DNA of 38,339 bases, taken from positions 1 to 38,339 of the IMG/VR virus record IMGVR_UViG_3300035093_000002; one strand, given 5' to 3'. The position numbers and the translations under genes were made by a program. The notes under the pieces were generated by a model that was not told the origin of the DNA, did no database searches, and worked only from the letters and a program-made list of their open reading frames with translations. This DNA comes from a virus. Lineage: Duplodnaviria; Caudoviricetes. Below are positions 17,275 to 25,464 of the stretch, piece by piece; within the stretch, counting starts at the first letter, position 1; every line of letters starts with the position of its first letter.

Positions 17275-17405
17275 ACGAACATCGCTTCCGGGTCGTACGG
17301 CTCCACGAACCGAACCGGCGCCACAACGCCCCGCCGCGACATCCCCACCAGGACCAGCAGCGTGGCGGTGAATGCTCCGAGGATGAGGGCGGCCAGGAGC
17401 TTCAC
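17271..17405 (-). CDS. Small membrane protein (44 aa), not in the ORF track
   Basis: MKLLAALILGAFTATLLVLVGMSRR...; GTGA/ATGA coupled. Confidence 0.6.
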   Translation of the reverse strand: MKLLAALILGAFTATLLVLVGMSRRGVVAPVRFVEPYDPEAMFV

Positions 17406-17668
17406 GGTTCGTCTCGGAGGGCGGCGAGGACGGCGGCGCGGTCGATCAGGTCTGTCACCGTCAGACCAGCACCGAACATCTCGCGCAGCAGGGTCGGCAG
17501 CCCCTCCACCGCCCTCACGATCCTCTCGCGCTCCGCCATCGCTCCGATGTAGATGGCCTCGGCTTCGATGGCGAGGATGTCGGCAGCGCCGCCACTAGGG
17601 GCCTCGTCCCGTAGCTCACGCAGCAGCGTCCGTCCCGCCTCCGTCCCCACCCCACCCGGCTCGGTCAT
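17402..17668 (-). CDS. Hypothetical protein (88 aa)
   Basis: Coupled within the operon. Confidence 0.65.
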   Translation of the reverse strand: MTEPGGVGTEAGRTLLRELRDEAPSGGAADILAIEAEAIYIGAMAERERIVRAVEGLPTLLREMFGAGLTVTDLIDRAAVLAALRDEP

Positions 17669-18213
17669 GGCTTCTCACCGAGGGCGGCCCGGAGGGCGAC
17701 GAACAGGTCAGCGATAAGGGACTCGTACCCGGCGATGCTCCGCGTCACAAAGACGGCACGCGCTCTGCCCTCTAACCCCTCGATTGGCAGCGCCACGACG
17801 CCTTCTGGCAGGACCGACGCTCGCCCGCGTTCCGCCACCGGCTCGGGTCCGGGAGAGAGGGCGTCCATGTAGTCGCCGTTCGGCAGGATGCGGTCTGAGT
17901 GTGCGGTTCGGACGTGGCCCATCAGCGACTCCGGCGCTAGGACCGTGCCGCCACAGGTCGGGCAGATATCAGCACGGACGCGCTTGTCGCGGTGCACCGC
18001 ATCCATCCCGCAACCGGGATAGAGGCACACGTCCGGCTCGGGTTCGGGAGAGAGGGCGGCACGGAGAGCCTGAGCGTTCTCACGCAGGATGCCGATGGCC
18101 AGTAGGTTGGCCGCTTCGTGGCTGTAGGTCGGCGCGATTGCTTCCCGGTCACGCGCCATTGCGTCCCAGCGTGCGGCCAAGGCTCGCAGCGCCTCCCGCT
18201 CGGCCTCACTCAT
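17665..18213 (-). CDS. Modular hypothetical protein with an internal zinc-finger segment
   Basis: CLYPGC...H and CPTCG...H...H; start MSEAER. Confidence 0.65.
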   Translation of the reverse strand: MSEAEREALRALAARWDAMARDREAIAPTYSHEAANLLAIGILRENAQALRAALSPEPEPDVCLYPGCGMDAVHRDKRVRADICPTCGGTVLAPESLMGHVRTAHSDRILPNGDYMDALSPGPEPVAERGRASVLPEGVVALPIEGLEGRARAVFVTRSIAGYESLIADLFVALRAALGEKP

Positions 18214-18440
18214 CGCACAGGCTCCGAGAGGGCGTCGAGACGATCGAGCAAGGCGAGGACGACATCGGGCGAGACGGCGGCGATGTAGGCGGCGTCCTCG
18301 TCCTCCATGAGCGGGCCGTCGGCCGCATCGATGATTTCTCGGAAGAACGCAGCGGGATACCACCCGTTCCCGGCGTAACGGTCGGCCTCATCCACCCGCG
18401 CGGCCTCAGCCAGCCGTCGCAGTTCCTCGTCCGTCGTCAT
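18210..18440 (-). CDS. Ead/Ea22-like protein
   Basis: MTTDEELRRLAEAA...DAAYIAAVSPDVVLALLD signature. Confidence 0.7.
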   Translation of the reverse strand: MTTDEELRRLAEAARVDEADRYAGNGWYPAAFFREIIDAADGPLMEDEDAAYIAAVSPDVVLALLDRLDALSEPVR

Positions 18441-18571
18441 CGCACAGGCTCCTTCTCGGGGTAGCAGTACTCGATGCACGCCGAACACTGACGACGTGCT
18501 TTCTTCGGCTTGCGATGGCAGGGGATGGGGTGGTCGGGGCAGTCGCAGATCATCGGGTCTCCGAGCTTCAT
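18437..18571 (-). CDS. Small Cys-rich protein (44 aa), not in the ORF track
   Basis: MKLGDPMICDCPDHPIPC...CSACIEYC...EPVR*; ATGA-coupled on both sides. Confidence 0.6.
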   Translation of the reverse strand: MKLGDPMICDCPDHPIPCHRKPKKARRQCSACIEYCYPEKEPVR

Positions 18572-18969
18572 GAGTCACCGATCCGGTTCAGGATCGCCTT
18601 GAGGGACGCCACGGCTTCGCGGGGTCCGGCTTCCTCGGCGCGCTGACGGGCCTTGTCGCGTTCGCGTTCATCAAGCTCGGCGCGGATGTCATCTCGGCGC
18701 TTGATGACGTACTCGATTACCTGGCCCCATGAGTGGGACCGGCTGATGGCCGTCGCCAAGAGTTGCGGTGTCTCACGGATAGCCCGGATGAGCATCGCCC
18801 GCTGACTCGGTTCGTCGTCATCCCAGGAGTCCCACCGGGTACCCTCGGGCGGATAGATCATTCCTCGCATCGCGGCCTGATGACGAACGCCCTTCCACTC
18901 GTCCGAGAACTCGCCGTCCCTCCACGCCGCTTGTGAGGCGTCCCAGTCGGATCGTGAGAAGGACCTCAT
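18568..18969 (-). CDS. Hypothetical protein, possible replication accessory
   Basis: Directly downstream of the putative replication protein. Confidence 0.6.
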   Translation of the reverse strand: MRSFSRSDWDASQAAWRDGEFSDEWKGVRHQAAMRGMIYPPEGTRWDSWDDDEPSQRAMLIRAIRETPQLLATAISRSHSWGQVIEYVIKRRDDIRAELDERERDKARQRAEEAGPREAVASLKAILNRIGDS

Positions 18970-19493
18970 GCCGTCCTCCCAGGGTTCACAGGGCGAATGG
19001 GCGTCGGCGGCTGTTCACTAGACTCAACGTCGTGTTGACCCGGAGGAGCGGGAGGGACGGACGGGTCGGACGGAAGGACTACGGAAGGAACGGAAGTCGC
19101 GGTATCCGCGTCGCTACCGCGCGGTACGTCCGTGGTAACCGCGTCGCGATGCGCGTTGTACCGCGCCCATCTGTCGCGGCTCTTGACGCGCCGTTCGTAG
19201 GCCGGTCGATACCACTCGTCCCACGCCTTTCGAGGTGGCAAGCCGCCTCGTTCCACGAGACGAACGCGGACCATCGACACGACGACTTCGGCATCAAACG
19301 GCAACAGGGCGGGCCACGCATCGGTGACGCTCACCCGTCGTCCGGCCTTCCACGACTCACCCAGGACTGCGACGTAAGCCATGAAGGCTGGGGCTACGTG
19401 GTCGGGTCGCTCGCGGTGGAGCTGGCGGAACTTCGGATCGTGGACGATGGACGTGGAAACATCCATGACCGCGAAGCCATCAGAACGGCTCAT
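18966..19493 (-). CDS. Putative replication initiator
   Basis: N-terminal 'IVHDPKF.L' pattern of phage replication proteins, basic helix, low-complexity tail encoded by iteron-like repeats. Confidence 0.5.
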   Translation of the reverse strand: MSRSDGFAVMDVSTSIVHDPKFRQLHRERPDHVAPAFMAYVAVLGESWKAGRRVSVTDAWPALLPFDAEVVVSMVRVRLVERGGLPPRKAWDEWYRPAYERRVKSRDRWARYNAHRDAVTTDVPRGSDADTATSVPSVVLPSDPSVPPAPPGQHDVESSEQPPTPIRPVNPGRTA

Positions 19494-19738
19494 CGAGCTA
19501 CTACCTCGATAGACGCGACGTCGCCCGCATCACGGGTAGTAGCCGAGACACGGGCGACGGTCGCAATCCTATTCGATTTGCCGCTACTACCGACACGGCT
19601 ATTGTACCGCGAAGTAGGCGGAACCGAACGTGTGTTCAGGCAGTTGTGCGGCTCCCCTAACGCGCTCTCCCAGTAGAATCCGCACCACGTGACGGGTTGG
19701 CGGCACCCCTGACAGGGCACGGGGCCGAGGATCGTCAT
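19490..19738 (-). CDS. Small zinc-binding hypothetical protein
   Basis: CQGC...HNC; ATGA-coupled. Confidence 0.55.
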   Translation of the reverse strand: MTILGPVPCQGCRQPVTWCGFYWESALGEPHNCLNTRSVPPTSRYNSRVGSSGKSNRIATVARVSATTRDAGDVASIEVVAR

Positions 19739-20085
19739 GCGAGCCCGACGTACCGACGATGCCGCCGGTGGGCATCGGCATCCATGATCCGGCGCGAACG
19801 ATGACTGTCCAGGTGTCCCAGAGTGCGAGCACAACGTTCACCGGTGATCGGCATCGTCACCCGGCAGATAGGCGTCGGCCTCGACTTCGGGACGGACACC
19901 TCAACGCCCCAAGGGTGAGCCGGCTGGGACGGAGCCTTCAACATCAAGCCGCCGTACTGGACGATCGGCCTCATGCTGCCTACGTTCTCGGCTGGGACGT
20001 GGGCCGAGCCTGGGGAGCGGTGTGGGGTGGCGGGGTCTTCGACTCGCCACGCGCCCGGTGTGATACCGATCCGAACGCGGCTCAC
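19735..20085 (-). CDS. Hypothetical protein (start uncertain)
   Basis: C...C...H...H C-terminal part; the 5' half lies over a hairpin-rich stretch. Confidence 0.4.
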   Translation of the reverse strand: MSRVRIGITPGAWRVEDPATPHRSPGSAHVPAENVGSMRPIVQYGGLMLKAPSQPAHPWGVEVSVPKSRPTPICRVTMPITGERCARTLGHLDSHRSRRIMDADAHRRHRRYVGLA

Positions 20086-20282
20086 AGCCCCACCACGTAG
20101 CCCTTCCGCCCGTCCTTGCGAGTCACACACTGGATGTGGACGCCCATCGCCCGCGCGTCCGAGATACGAGACGTGTACTTGGGCATCGAGAGGGCCTTGA
20201 CCAGCTCGAGCCCTGTGACGCCTGGGTTGGCCTTGACGAACGCGATCAGGCGCTCGGTCTGGGTGGGGCCTTTCAGCTTCAT
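20082..20282 (-). CDS. Small winged-HTH protein
   Basis: TQTERLI...VTGLEL...SRISDAR..GVHI pattern. Confidence 0.7.
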   Translation of the reverse strand: MKLKGPTQTERLIAFVKANPGVTGLELVKALSMPKYTSRISDARAMGVHIQCVTRKDGRKGYVVGL

Positions 20283-20689
20283 GCCGTCACCCGGTGGCAC
20301 TCAGGCGAACACGGATCTACGTGGGCGTCGTGCGGGTTGCTGAATGGGACGCCATACCGCTCCAAGTGCTCGGCCTCGCAGGCGTCGCAGCCGCGCGTTA
20401 GATGCGCTACGAGCCCGATGAGGATGGGCCTCCACGTCCGCCCCGCGTTCGTCTTGAGCAAGTGGTGCGCCCCGCACAACCGGGCGGCGTTAGTAGCGAT
20501 CGACTCGGACTTCATCGACGTCCCGTGAGCAGCGCGTACGTGGTCGAGTTCGGACCCGCCCATGCAGACTCCGGGCATCCCAGCGAGTGGACCGATGCAG
20601 GGTGGCTGGTGCGTTCCAACGTGCGCCCGAACCTCAGCACTCCAACGCGTCCCTCGGGACGGCTTGATAGGCGCGTACCGGCGGATCAC
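20279..20689 (-). CDS. HNH-like (NinG/Rap-type) nuclease
   Basis: C...C...ELDHV...N...LCGAHH..KT. Confidence 0.65.
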   Translation of the reverse strand: MIRRYAPIKPSRGTRWSAEVRAHVGTHQPPCIGPLAGMPGVCMGGSELDHVRAAHGTSMKSESIATNAARLCGAHHLLKTNAGRTWRPILIGLVAHLTRGCDACEAEHLERYGVPFSNPHDAHVDPCSPECHRVTA

Positions 20690-21606
20690 GACGCGGTCGC
20701 CTCGGCGAGTTCCGCGGCTAGGATTGCCGCTTCCTCATCGGCATCCGGTCCGGGAGTACCATCAGGGAACATCGCAAGCGGCAGTGTCTCGGCCTCGACA
20801 TCGAGCGCCGGGATGCGGACCTCGGGCGTCTCGATGAAGTCGGCCGGCTTGCCGCCGATGCGGAGCCGGTAGTAGGACGTGCGGCCCTTCTGTCGGACGT
20901 TGTAAAGAGCACCCTTTACGGTCACCTTCGTCCCGACCAACGTCGATGAGGCGGACGCCATGTAGAGCGCCTGACCGATGGGACCCTCGACCAGGACTTG
21001 GGGGATGTCGCGATCCTCGCCGACCAGCTTCAACTTGAACCCGACCGAGTGTCCGTCGGGTGTCTCGCGCCACTCGGCTTGATACTGCTCGGCCCCGCCC
21101 TTGGCGATGGTGCCCGCCTTCTGGATATTGCCGAGGAAGTCTTCCTGCTCGGTCGCTAGCCGGTCGGACGTGTCGTGCTGTTCCGGGTCGTCGCCGGTCG
21201 AGAGCAGGAAGCCCATGAGCAGGGCGTACTTCATGGCGTTGGTCTGCGCTTTGGGCGTTGCCTTGTCGCCCGAGTCCGCGCCCGTGCCGATGGACTGGAT
21301 GGTCGCCGTCTCGTCAGTCTCGCCGTCCGTCAGGGTCCAGGTCGTTCGGATCGTGACCGTCGACATGGTCCCGCCCGACTTCGTCGCGTGCTCGGCCTCG
21401 CTGATGACCTCGACCGCGGACGGCAGCATGGACACGCCGCGCGAGCCAAGCGCCTTGCGGATGGCGTCCGCAGCGTCACCGACCATCACGTACTTGAACG
21501 CGCCCTGCCCCTGGTACTGGCCATTCTTCGGGATGCGGTCGGCTTCCTCCATGACCTCGGCCAACTTGGCGTGCAGCCCCTTGTCCTTCGTCTTCGTCTC
21601 TACCAT
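20686..21606 (-). CDS. erf: ERF-family single-strand annealing protein
   Basis: IPKNG...FKY...GADSGDKATPKAQTNAMKYALLMGFLLSTGDDPE. Confidence 0.85.
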   Translation of the reverse strand: MVETKTKDKGLHAKLAEVMEEADRIPKNGQYQGQGAFKYVMVGDAADAIRKALGSRGVSMLPSAVEVISEAEHATKSGGTMSTVTIRTTWTLTDGETDETATIQSIGTGADSGDKATPKAQTNAMKYALLMGFLLSTGDDPEQHDTSDRLATEQEDFLGNIQKAGTIAKGGAEQYQAEWRETPDGHSVGFKLKLVGEDRDIPQVLVEGPIGQALYMASASSTLVGTKVTVKGALYNVRQKGRTSYYRLRIGGKPADFIETPEVRIPALDVEAETLPLAMFPDGTPGPDADEEAAILAAELAEATAS

Positions 21607-22031
21607 CGGTCGAGCCCCTCCCGAATGGCGGCGCGTTTCTTCGCAGCCGCATCTCGTCCGCACTGACGACATCGCCTGCCACCTCGGTACGGGTAGGTGT
21701 TGGCCTCATCGAACAGGTGTCCGTGTAGGCAGGTGGTCTGTCGGGCGTGACGAGCTGCCGGACCTTCACCGCGCAGAACGTTTTCGCGAACCGTCACCGG
21801 TTCCATGTGGTCGGGATTGACGCACGCGCGATTGCGACAGAGATGATCGAGCTGGAGACCGGTAGGAATCGGCCCACGATGAAGGAGCCAGGACACTCGA
21901 TGAGCGCCGTGCTCTCCGCGCGCGAACATCGCTCCGTAGCCGGCCTTCGTCAGGAGACCGGTCCACTGCCAACAACCGTTAGATGTCTTGTTGACGCGCC
22001 CATCGAACACAAGAGGCCGTCCAGTTACCAC
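21600..22031 (-). CDS. HNH endonuclease (HNH_3-like) with C-terminal zinc finger
   Basis: GCWQWTG...GYG...AHRVSW...LDHLCRNRACVNPDH; CLHGH...CRQC. Confidence 0.85.
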   Translation of the reverse strand: MVTGRPLVFDGRVNKTSNGCWQWTGLLTKAGYGAMFARGEHGAHRVSWLLHRGPIPTGLQLDHLCRNRACVNPDHMEPVTVRENVLRGEGPAARHARQTTCLHGHLFDEANTYPYRGGRRCRQCGRDAAAKKRAAIREGLDRW

Positions 22032-22249
22032 GTCGAAAACGCTCCATTGAACTCGGGCTGCCCTTCGCGGTCGTCCTCGTAAGACAGCGGCACGTCCGGC
22101 CCCTCGTCGGCCTTCTCCCAGCACGATCCGCAGATGAGCCCGTCGCCGCCTTCGGGGGTCGTGACCATGTACCACTCGCCCCGGAGGTCGACCGCACGAC
22201 GGCAGAACCAGCACCAGCTCGTCTTGGGTGCGCGCGTCTCGGTGGTCAT
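22025..22249 (-). CDS. Small zinc-finger protein
   Basis: CWFC...CGSC. Confidence 0.65.
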   Translation of the reverse strand: MTTETRAPKTSWCWFCRRAVDLRGEWYMVTTPEGGDGLICGSCWEKADEGPDVPLSYEDDREGQPEFNGAFSTW

Positions 22250-22449
22250 TTCAGCCCCAGGTAGATGGCCGTCTGCAACTCGGCTTCCGAGGCGTGCGGC
22301 ATGTCCAGGTCTTGGCGGGCGAGCTCTAGCGACTCGCGGTGCTGTCGTTCAGCTCGCCACGAACCGATGTGCTCCCGGTAGGACTCGTCCATCTCGGCAC
22401 GGCAGCCCGCGCAGTCGTCGTGGAAGCGTTCGTGGTCGTCGTGCATCAC
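22246..22449 (-). CDS. Hypothetical protein (67 aa)
   Basis: H..H..CAGC; coupled. Confidence 0.6.
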   Translation of the reverse strand: MMHDDHERFHDDCAGCRAEMDESYREHIGSWRAERQHRESLELARQDLDMPHASEAELQTAIYLGLK

Positions 22450-22712
22450 GCCACACCGTCACGATCCGCCGCCCACTTGGCGAACGTCATGTCGTCGGCA
22501 TGCTCGGGGAGGTCGCCGGGCCACGGCGGGTCACACGCCGGGTATCGGCGTTCTAGGCTGCGAGCATGCCAAATGCATGCGGCGTGCTGCGTTCCCTGAG
22601 AGTCGAACCAGCGCACCAGTCCCACGACCTGACGGCACCCGACTGGGATCAACCCGAAGTCGCCGGCCTCCTGGCCTATCGTCCCCTCACAGGTCGTGGT
22701 CGCTGTTGTCAT
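22446..22712 (-). CDS. Hypothetical protein (88 aa)
   Basis: GAAGGGG RBS before MTTATTTC. Confidence 0.65.
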   Translation of the reverse strand: MTTATTTCEGTIGQEAGDFGLIPVGCRQVVGLVRWFDSQGTQHAACIWHARSLERRYPACDPPWPGDLPEHADDMTFAKWAADRDGVA

Positions 22713-22774
22713 CCGTTTCCCCTTCTGTTGACCGCTCGCCCGCCGTTCCGTGCTTGGCATAGCGAGCGAGCGGC

Positions 22775-23038
22775 CTATTTCGCGGACCGTCCTCGTGGCC
22801 CGGAGTCGCCGCTAGGCAACTCAACCGAGGCGTCCGACCTGACCCGACTCCCGGAAGGGGGGACTACGGAATCGGCGGTGGACGCCTCGATGGAAGCGCG
22901 TAACGGACTGACATAGGGCGTCGGTGATGTGTGCGCGATGGCCTGACGGGGCCGCTCATGGGAGCAGCCGAGGTAGTGCCGCGTACGGCCCTCAAGGGCG
23001 TAGCAGGACCAGGAGCCGTTGATGTACGCCGCGCTCAC
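22775..23038 (-). CDS. Hypothetical protein; 3' half overlaps a structured RNA region
   Basis: GTGA-coupled start. Confidence 0.45.
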   Translation of the reverse strand: MSAAYINGSWSCYALEGRTRHYLGCSHERPRQAIAHTSPTPYVSPLRASIEASTADSVVPPSGSRVRSDASVELPSGDSGPRGRSAK

Positions 23039-23781
23039 AGCCCGAGTCCTACCGCTACCGGAGCAACGGCCGGGAACTCATCCCAGGTCCGCCCATCAAG
23101 GGAGCGTCCGCCGGACTTCGGAGTCAGCCCGCCCCACTGCTTGAAGAAGAACGCGGCCTTGGCGGCTACTACTCGGTCGCGGATGTCGCGCACCCAGTCC
23201 GGGTTGACAAGCCGGTGGTCGGGGCCGGACTCGCCGCCGACAATGACCCAATCGATACCGTTCAGGTCGAGCGACGGCAGCGGCCCAAGCAACGGCTCCA
23301 GCGAGAGGAACCGCACGGCGGCAGGGGCTTCGCGCAAGTAGTCCGCGCGGCCCACGAAGCGATCATTCTCGATGCTGGTGCCGAGCCATACGTTGGGGAG
23401 AGCCGGTCGCGCCAATGCCCGCATCCGCTCGGGACGCTTCGTCAAGACTTGAAATGTGTGTCGCTCGGCCTGTTCCATGACATCGAAGACCTGATCGATG
23501 TATTCCCACGGCACCAGTTCGTGGAACAGGTCGGACATACTGTTGACGAAAACCATCCGGGGCTCGCGCCACGTCAGAGGCTTACGCAACCGCTCGGGCC
23601 GGAGCGACACGTTCGCGGCAGCGTTCTCAGGCGTCCACGGAAGACCGGGATAGCCCGCCTTGCCCGCGAGCCGGGTCAGCGCCAACGTCTCGGCGTAGCA
23701 GTGCGCGCAGCCCGGCGACACCTTGGAGCAGCCCGTGACCGGGTTCCACGTTTCGTCGGTCCACTGGATACCCGTGCTCAC
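23035..23781 (-). CDS. Phage Gp37/Gp68 (DUF5131) radical-SAM-like protein
   Basis: IQWTDETWNPVTGCSKVSPGCAHCYAE, FVNSMSDLFHE, WVIVGGESG, FFFKQWGG. Confidence 0.9.
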   Translation of the reverse strand: MSTGIQWTDETWNPVTGCSKVSPGCAHCYAETLALTRLAGKAGYPGLPWTPENAAANVSLRPERLRKPLTWREPRMVFVNSMSDLFHELVPWEYIDQVFDVMEQAERHTFQVLTKRPERMRALARPALPNVWLGTSIENDRFVGRADYLREAPAAVRFLSLEPLLGPLPSLDLNGIDWVIVGGESGPDHRLVNPDWVRDIRDRVVAAKAAFFFKQWGGLTPKSGGRSLDGRTWDEFPAVAPVAVGLGL

Positions 23782-24029
23782 GCCCACGATCCCAAGAAGA
23801 CCAGGACGAGAATGGCTAGCCCGGCCATAAACATCGCGAAGCCGCCGAGGATGACGCCGGGGTCCCGCAGCTCGGCCCAGTCCAGATCGCGCGGCTCGTT
23901 GTCGAAGGGCTGATGGACCACGCGAGGGGTCATGGGCGCGCGGAACGGGGGTGCGATGTATCCGCGGTCGTTCCGGGGACGGAGCGCCACGGTCCGGCGT
24001 TGTGGATGCTGGGGAGGAAGGGGTGTCAT
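23778..24029 (-). CDS. C-terminally anchored membrane protein
   Basis: Hydrophobic C-terminus; coupled. Confidence 0.6.
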   Translation of the reverse strand: MTPLPPQHPQRRTVALRPRNDRGYIAPPFRAPMTPRVVHQPFDNEPRDLDWAELRDPGVILGGFAMFMAGLAILVLVFLGSWA

Positions 24030-24298
24030 CGCCAAGCCAACGGCGTGTGTTCGGTGCACAGCGCAGCGTCGTTCCGCCCGACAACACCCGGCCACGCCAT
24101 AGCACGGCGATCGCAACCCTCGACCGAGCAGGCTGGCGTGGAGGATAGGTGCCGCATCCGTCGAGTCGTGCCCCAGTCAAAGACTTCCAACTCGTGACCG
24201 CACCACCGGCACACGGCATCGGCATCGCCGGTCGTCGCAGGGTCGATTCGATGGCGCGGGAGATATAGCGCGGTCCGGGGCAGCGTCTCGGTCGTCAT
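24026..24298 (-). CDS. Zinc-finger hypothetical protein
   Basis: CRWC, CSVEGC, CTEH. Confidence 0.65.
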   Translation of the reverse strand: MTTETLPRTALYLPRHRIDPATTGDADAVCRWCGHELEVFDWGTTRRMRHLSSTPACSVEGCDRRAMAWPGVVGRNDAALCTEHTPLAWR

Positions 24299-24522
24299 GC
24301 CGCACCCAGCCAGCGACGAACCATCGCCTTGCTACCGGACCGCCGCCACGCGATGCCCATGTCCGCTTCGCGGGGGTCGGCGGTCGTGACCGGCTCAACG
24401 TCGAGCCCCATCTTGGCGAGCCGCTCGAAACACCCCGCATCCATGAACCGGAGGCCGACCGTCCAGATGCGATAGCGCCAGACGGTGCCTTCGAGATGGC
24501 AGTGGGAACAGAAGCCGAGCAT
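24295..24522 (-). CDS. Hypothetical protein (MLGFCSHC...)
   Basis: GAGGGGG RBS, TGATG coupling. Confidence 0.6.
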   Translation of the reverse strand: MLGFCSHCHLEGTVWRYRIWTVGLRFMDAGCFERLAKMGLDVEPVTTADPREADMGIAWRRSGSKAMVRRWLGAA

Positions 24523-24749
24523 CACGACGCCCCCCTCAATCGCAGGACTTCCTGCTTGGCTAGCCCCGCCCGGATGAACAACCGTCCTGCGAGGTCGATG
24601 ACACGGGCCGAGGGGACGTCGCGGTCCAGCTCGGCGTTGACGATCCCGGTGGCGGTCGTCGCTGCTTCGTCCATGAAGGCGACAGCCTCGATATGGGCTT
24701 CGTCTGCGCGCCAATCCGAGGGCAACAGCAGGAGCGATGTGGGCTTCAT
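24522..24749 (-). CDS. Hypothetical protein immediately after cro
   Basis: ATGA overlap with the cro stop. Confidence 0.6.
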   Translation of the reverse strand: MKPTSLLLLPSDWRADEAHIEAVAFMDEAATTATGIVNAELDRDVPSARVIDLAGRLFIRAGLAKQEVLRLRGAS

Positions 24750-24940
24750 GCGACGTCGCTCACATTCTCGAACGTTCGCAGTGCAGCGTCGATGCGCTTG
24801 ACCGTGGCGGCAGGGAGGTCGTCGTCGATGCGCTCGACCTTCGCGACCCATGACCGCGAGAGGCCGACGTGCTGGGCGACCTGTTCCTGGGTGACCTTGA
24901 GGCGGATGCGGCGGACCTTCAGGTCCATTCCTGTGCTCAT
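24746..24940 (-). CDS. Cro-like XRE HTH regulator
   Basis: LKVRRIRLKVTQEQVAQHVGLSRSWVAKVE; divergent from the repressor. Confidence 0.88.
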   Translation of the reverse strand: MSTGMDLKVRRIRLKVTQEQVAQHVGLSRSWVAKVERIDDDLPAATVKRIDAALRTFENVSDVA

Positions 24941-24946
24941 TCCCGA

Positions 24947-24975
24947 ATGTTACGCGCGTTAGTAACGTGTGTCAA
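24947..24975 (-). promoter_or_regulatory. Early lytic promoter TTGACA-N17-TAACAT giving a leaderless cro mRNA
   Basis: Perfect -35, 17-nt spacer, -10 lies 6 nt before the ATG; no SD. Confidence 0.8.
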
Positions 24976-25038
24976 TAGTTACTGATGTTTTGTAATGTCA
25001 GGTTCCCGCTGCCGTGTGACAGCCGCTACCGTTCAGCC

Positions 25039-25464
25039 GTGACCAAACGGGGGACGCCGTGGAATCCGAACACCGCAGACTGGCTCGTCCGCCAACGGGG
25101 TTCGCGTACCCAGGACGCGGTGATAGAGGACATGGCCGAACGCGGGGTCAAGGTGAAGCGGGCGTGGCTGTCTCGGATCGAGAACGGCGCACGGTTCAGC
25201 GACGAACTACTGGCCGCGCTCCAGGACTACTACGGCTCCGTCCCGCCGCCCTATGAGTCGGTCGAGGAAACCGCCGGCGACGTGTCCCTGACTGCCGCTC
25301 TCAGCGAGCTGGCGGCGGAGCTTCGGGCCAACCGCGAGGAACGGGCGCTGCTGACGGCGAAGCTCGTCGAGCTGGAGGCGCTTGTAACACGCCTAACCGA
25401 ACGAGGGTTCGGAGCAGCGACAGAGCCCGCGCCTCATCCACAGACAACGGGATCGGGTCGATGA
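25039..25464 (+). CDS. CI-like XRE repressor without an S24 autopeptidase domain
   Basis: WLVRQRGSRTQD...RAWLSRIENG HTH plus coiled coil; TACCGT 6 nt before the GTG. Confidence 0.8.
   Translation: MTKRGTPWNPNTADWLVRQRGSRTQDAVIEDMAERGVKVKRAWLSRIENGARFSDELLAALQDYYGSVPPPYESVEETAGDVSLTAALSELAAELRANREERALLTAKLVELEALVTRLTERGFGAATEPAPHPQTTGSGR

Noticed and set aside
23035-24225. ORF-track long N-terminal extensions (also 9157-10035, 13678-14436, 26384-27685, 33551-34384)
   Set aside because: They overlap better-supported upstream genes; internal starts with RBS or stop-start coupling fit better
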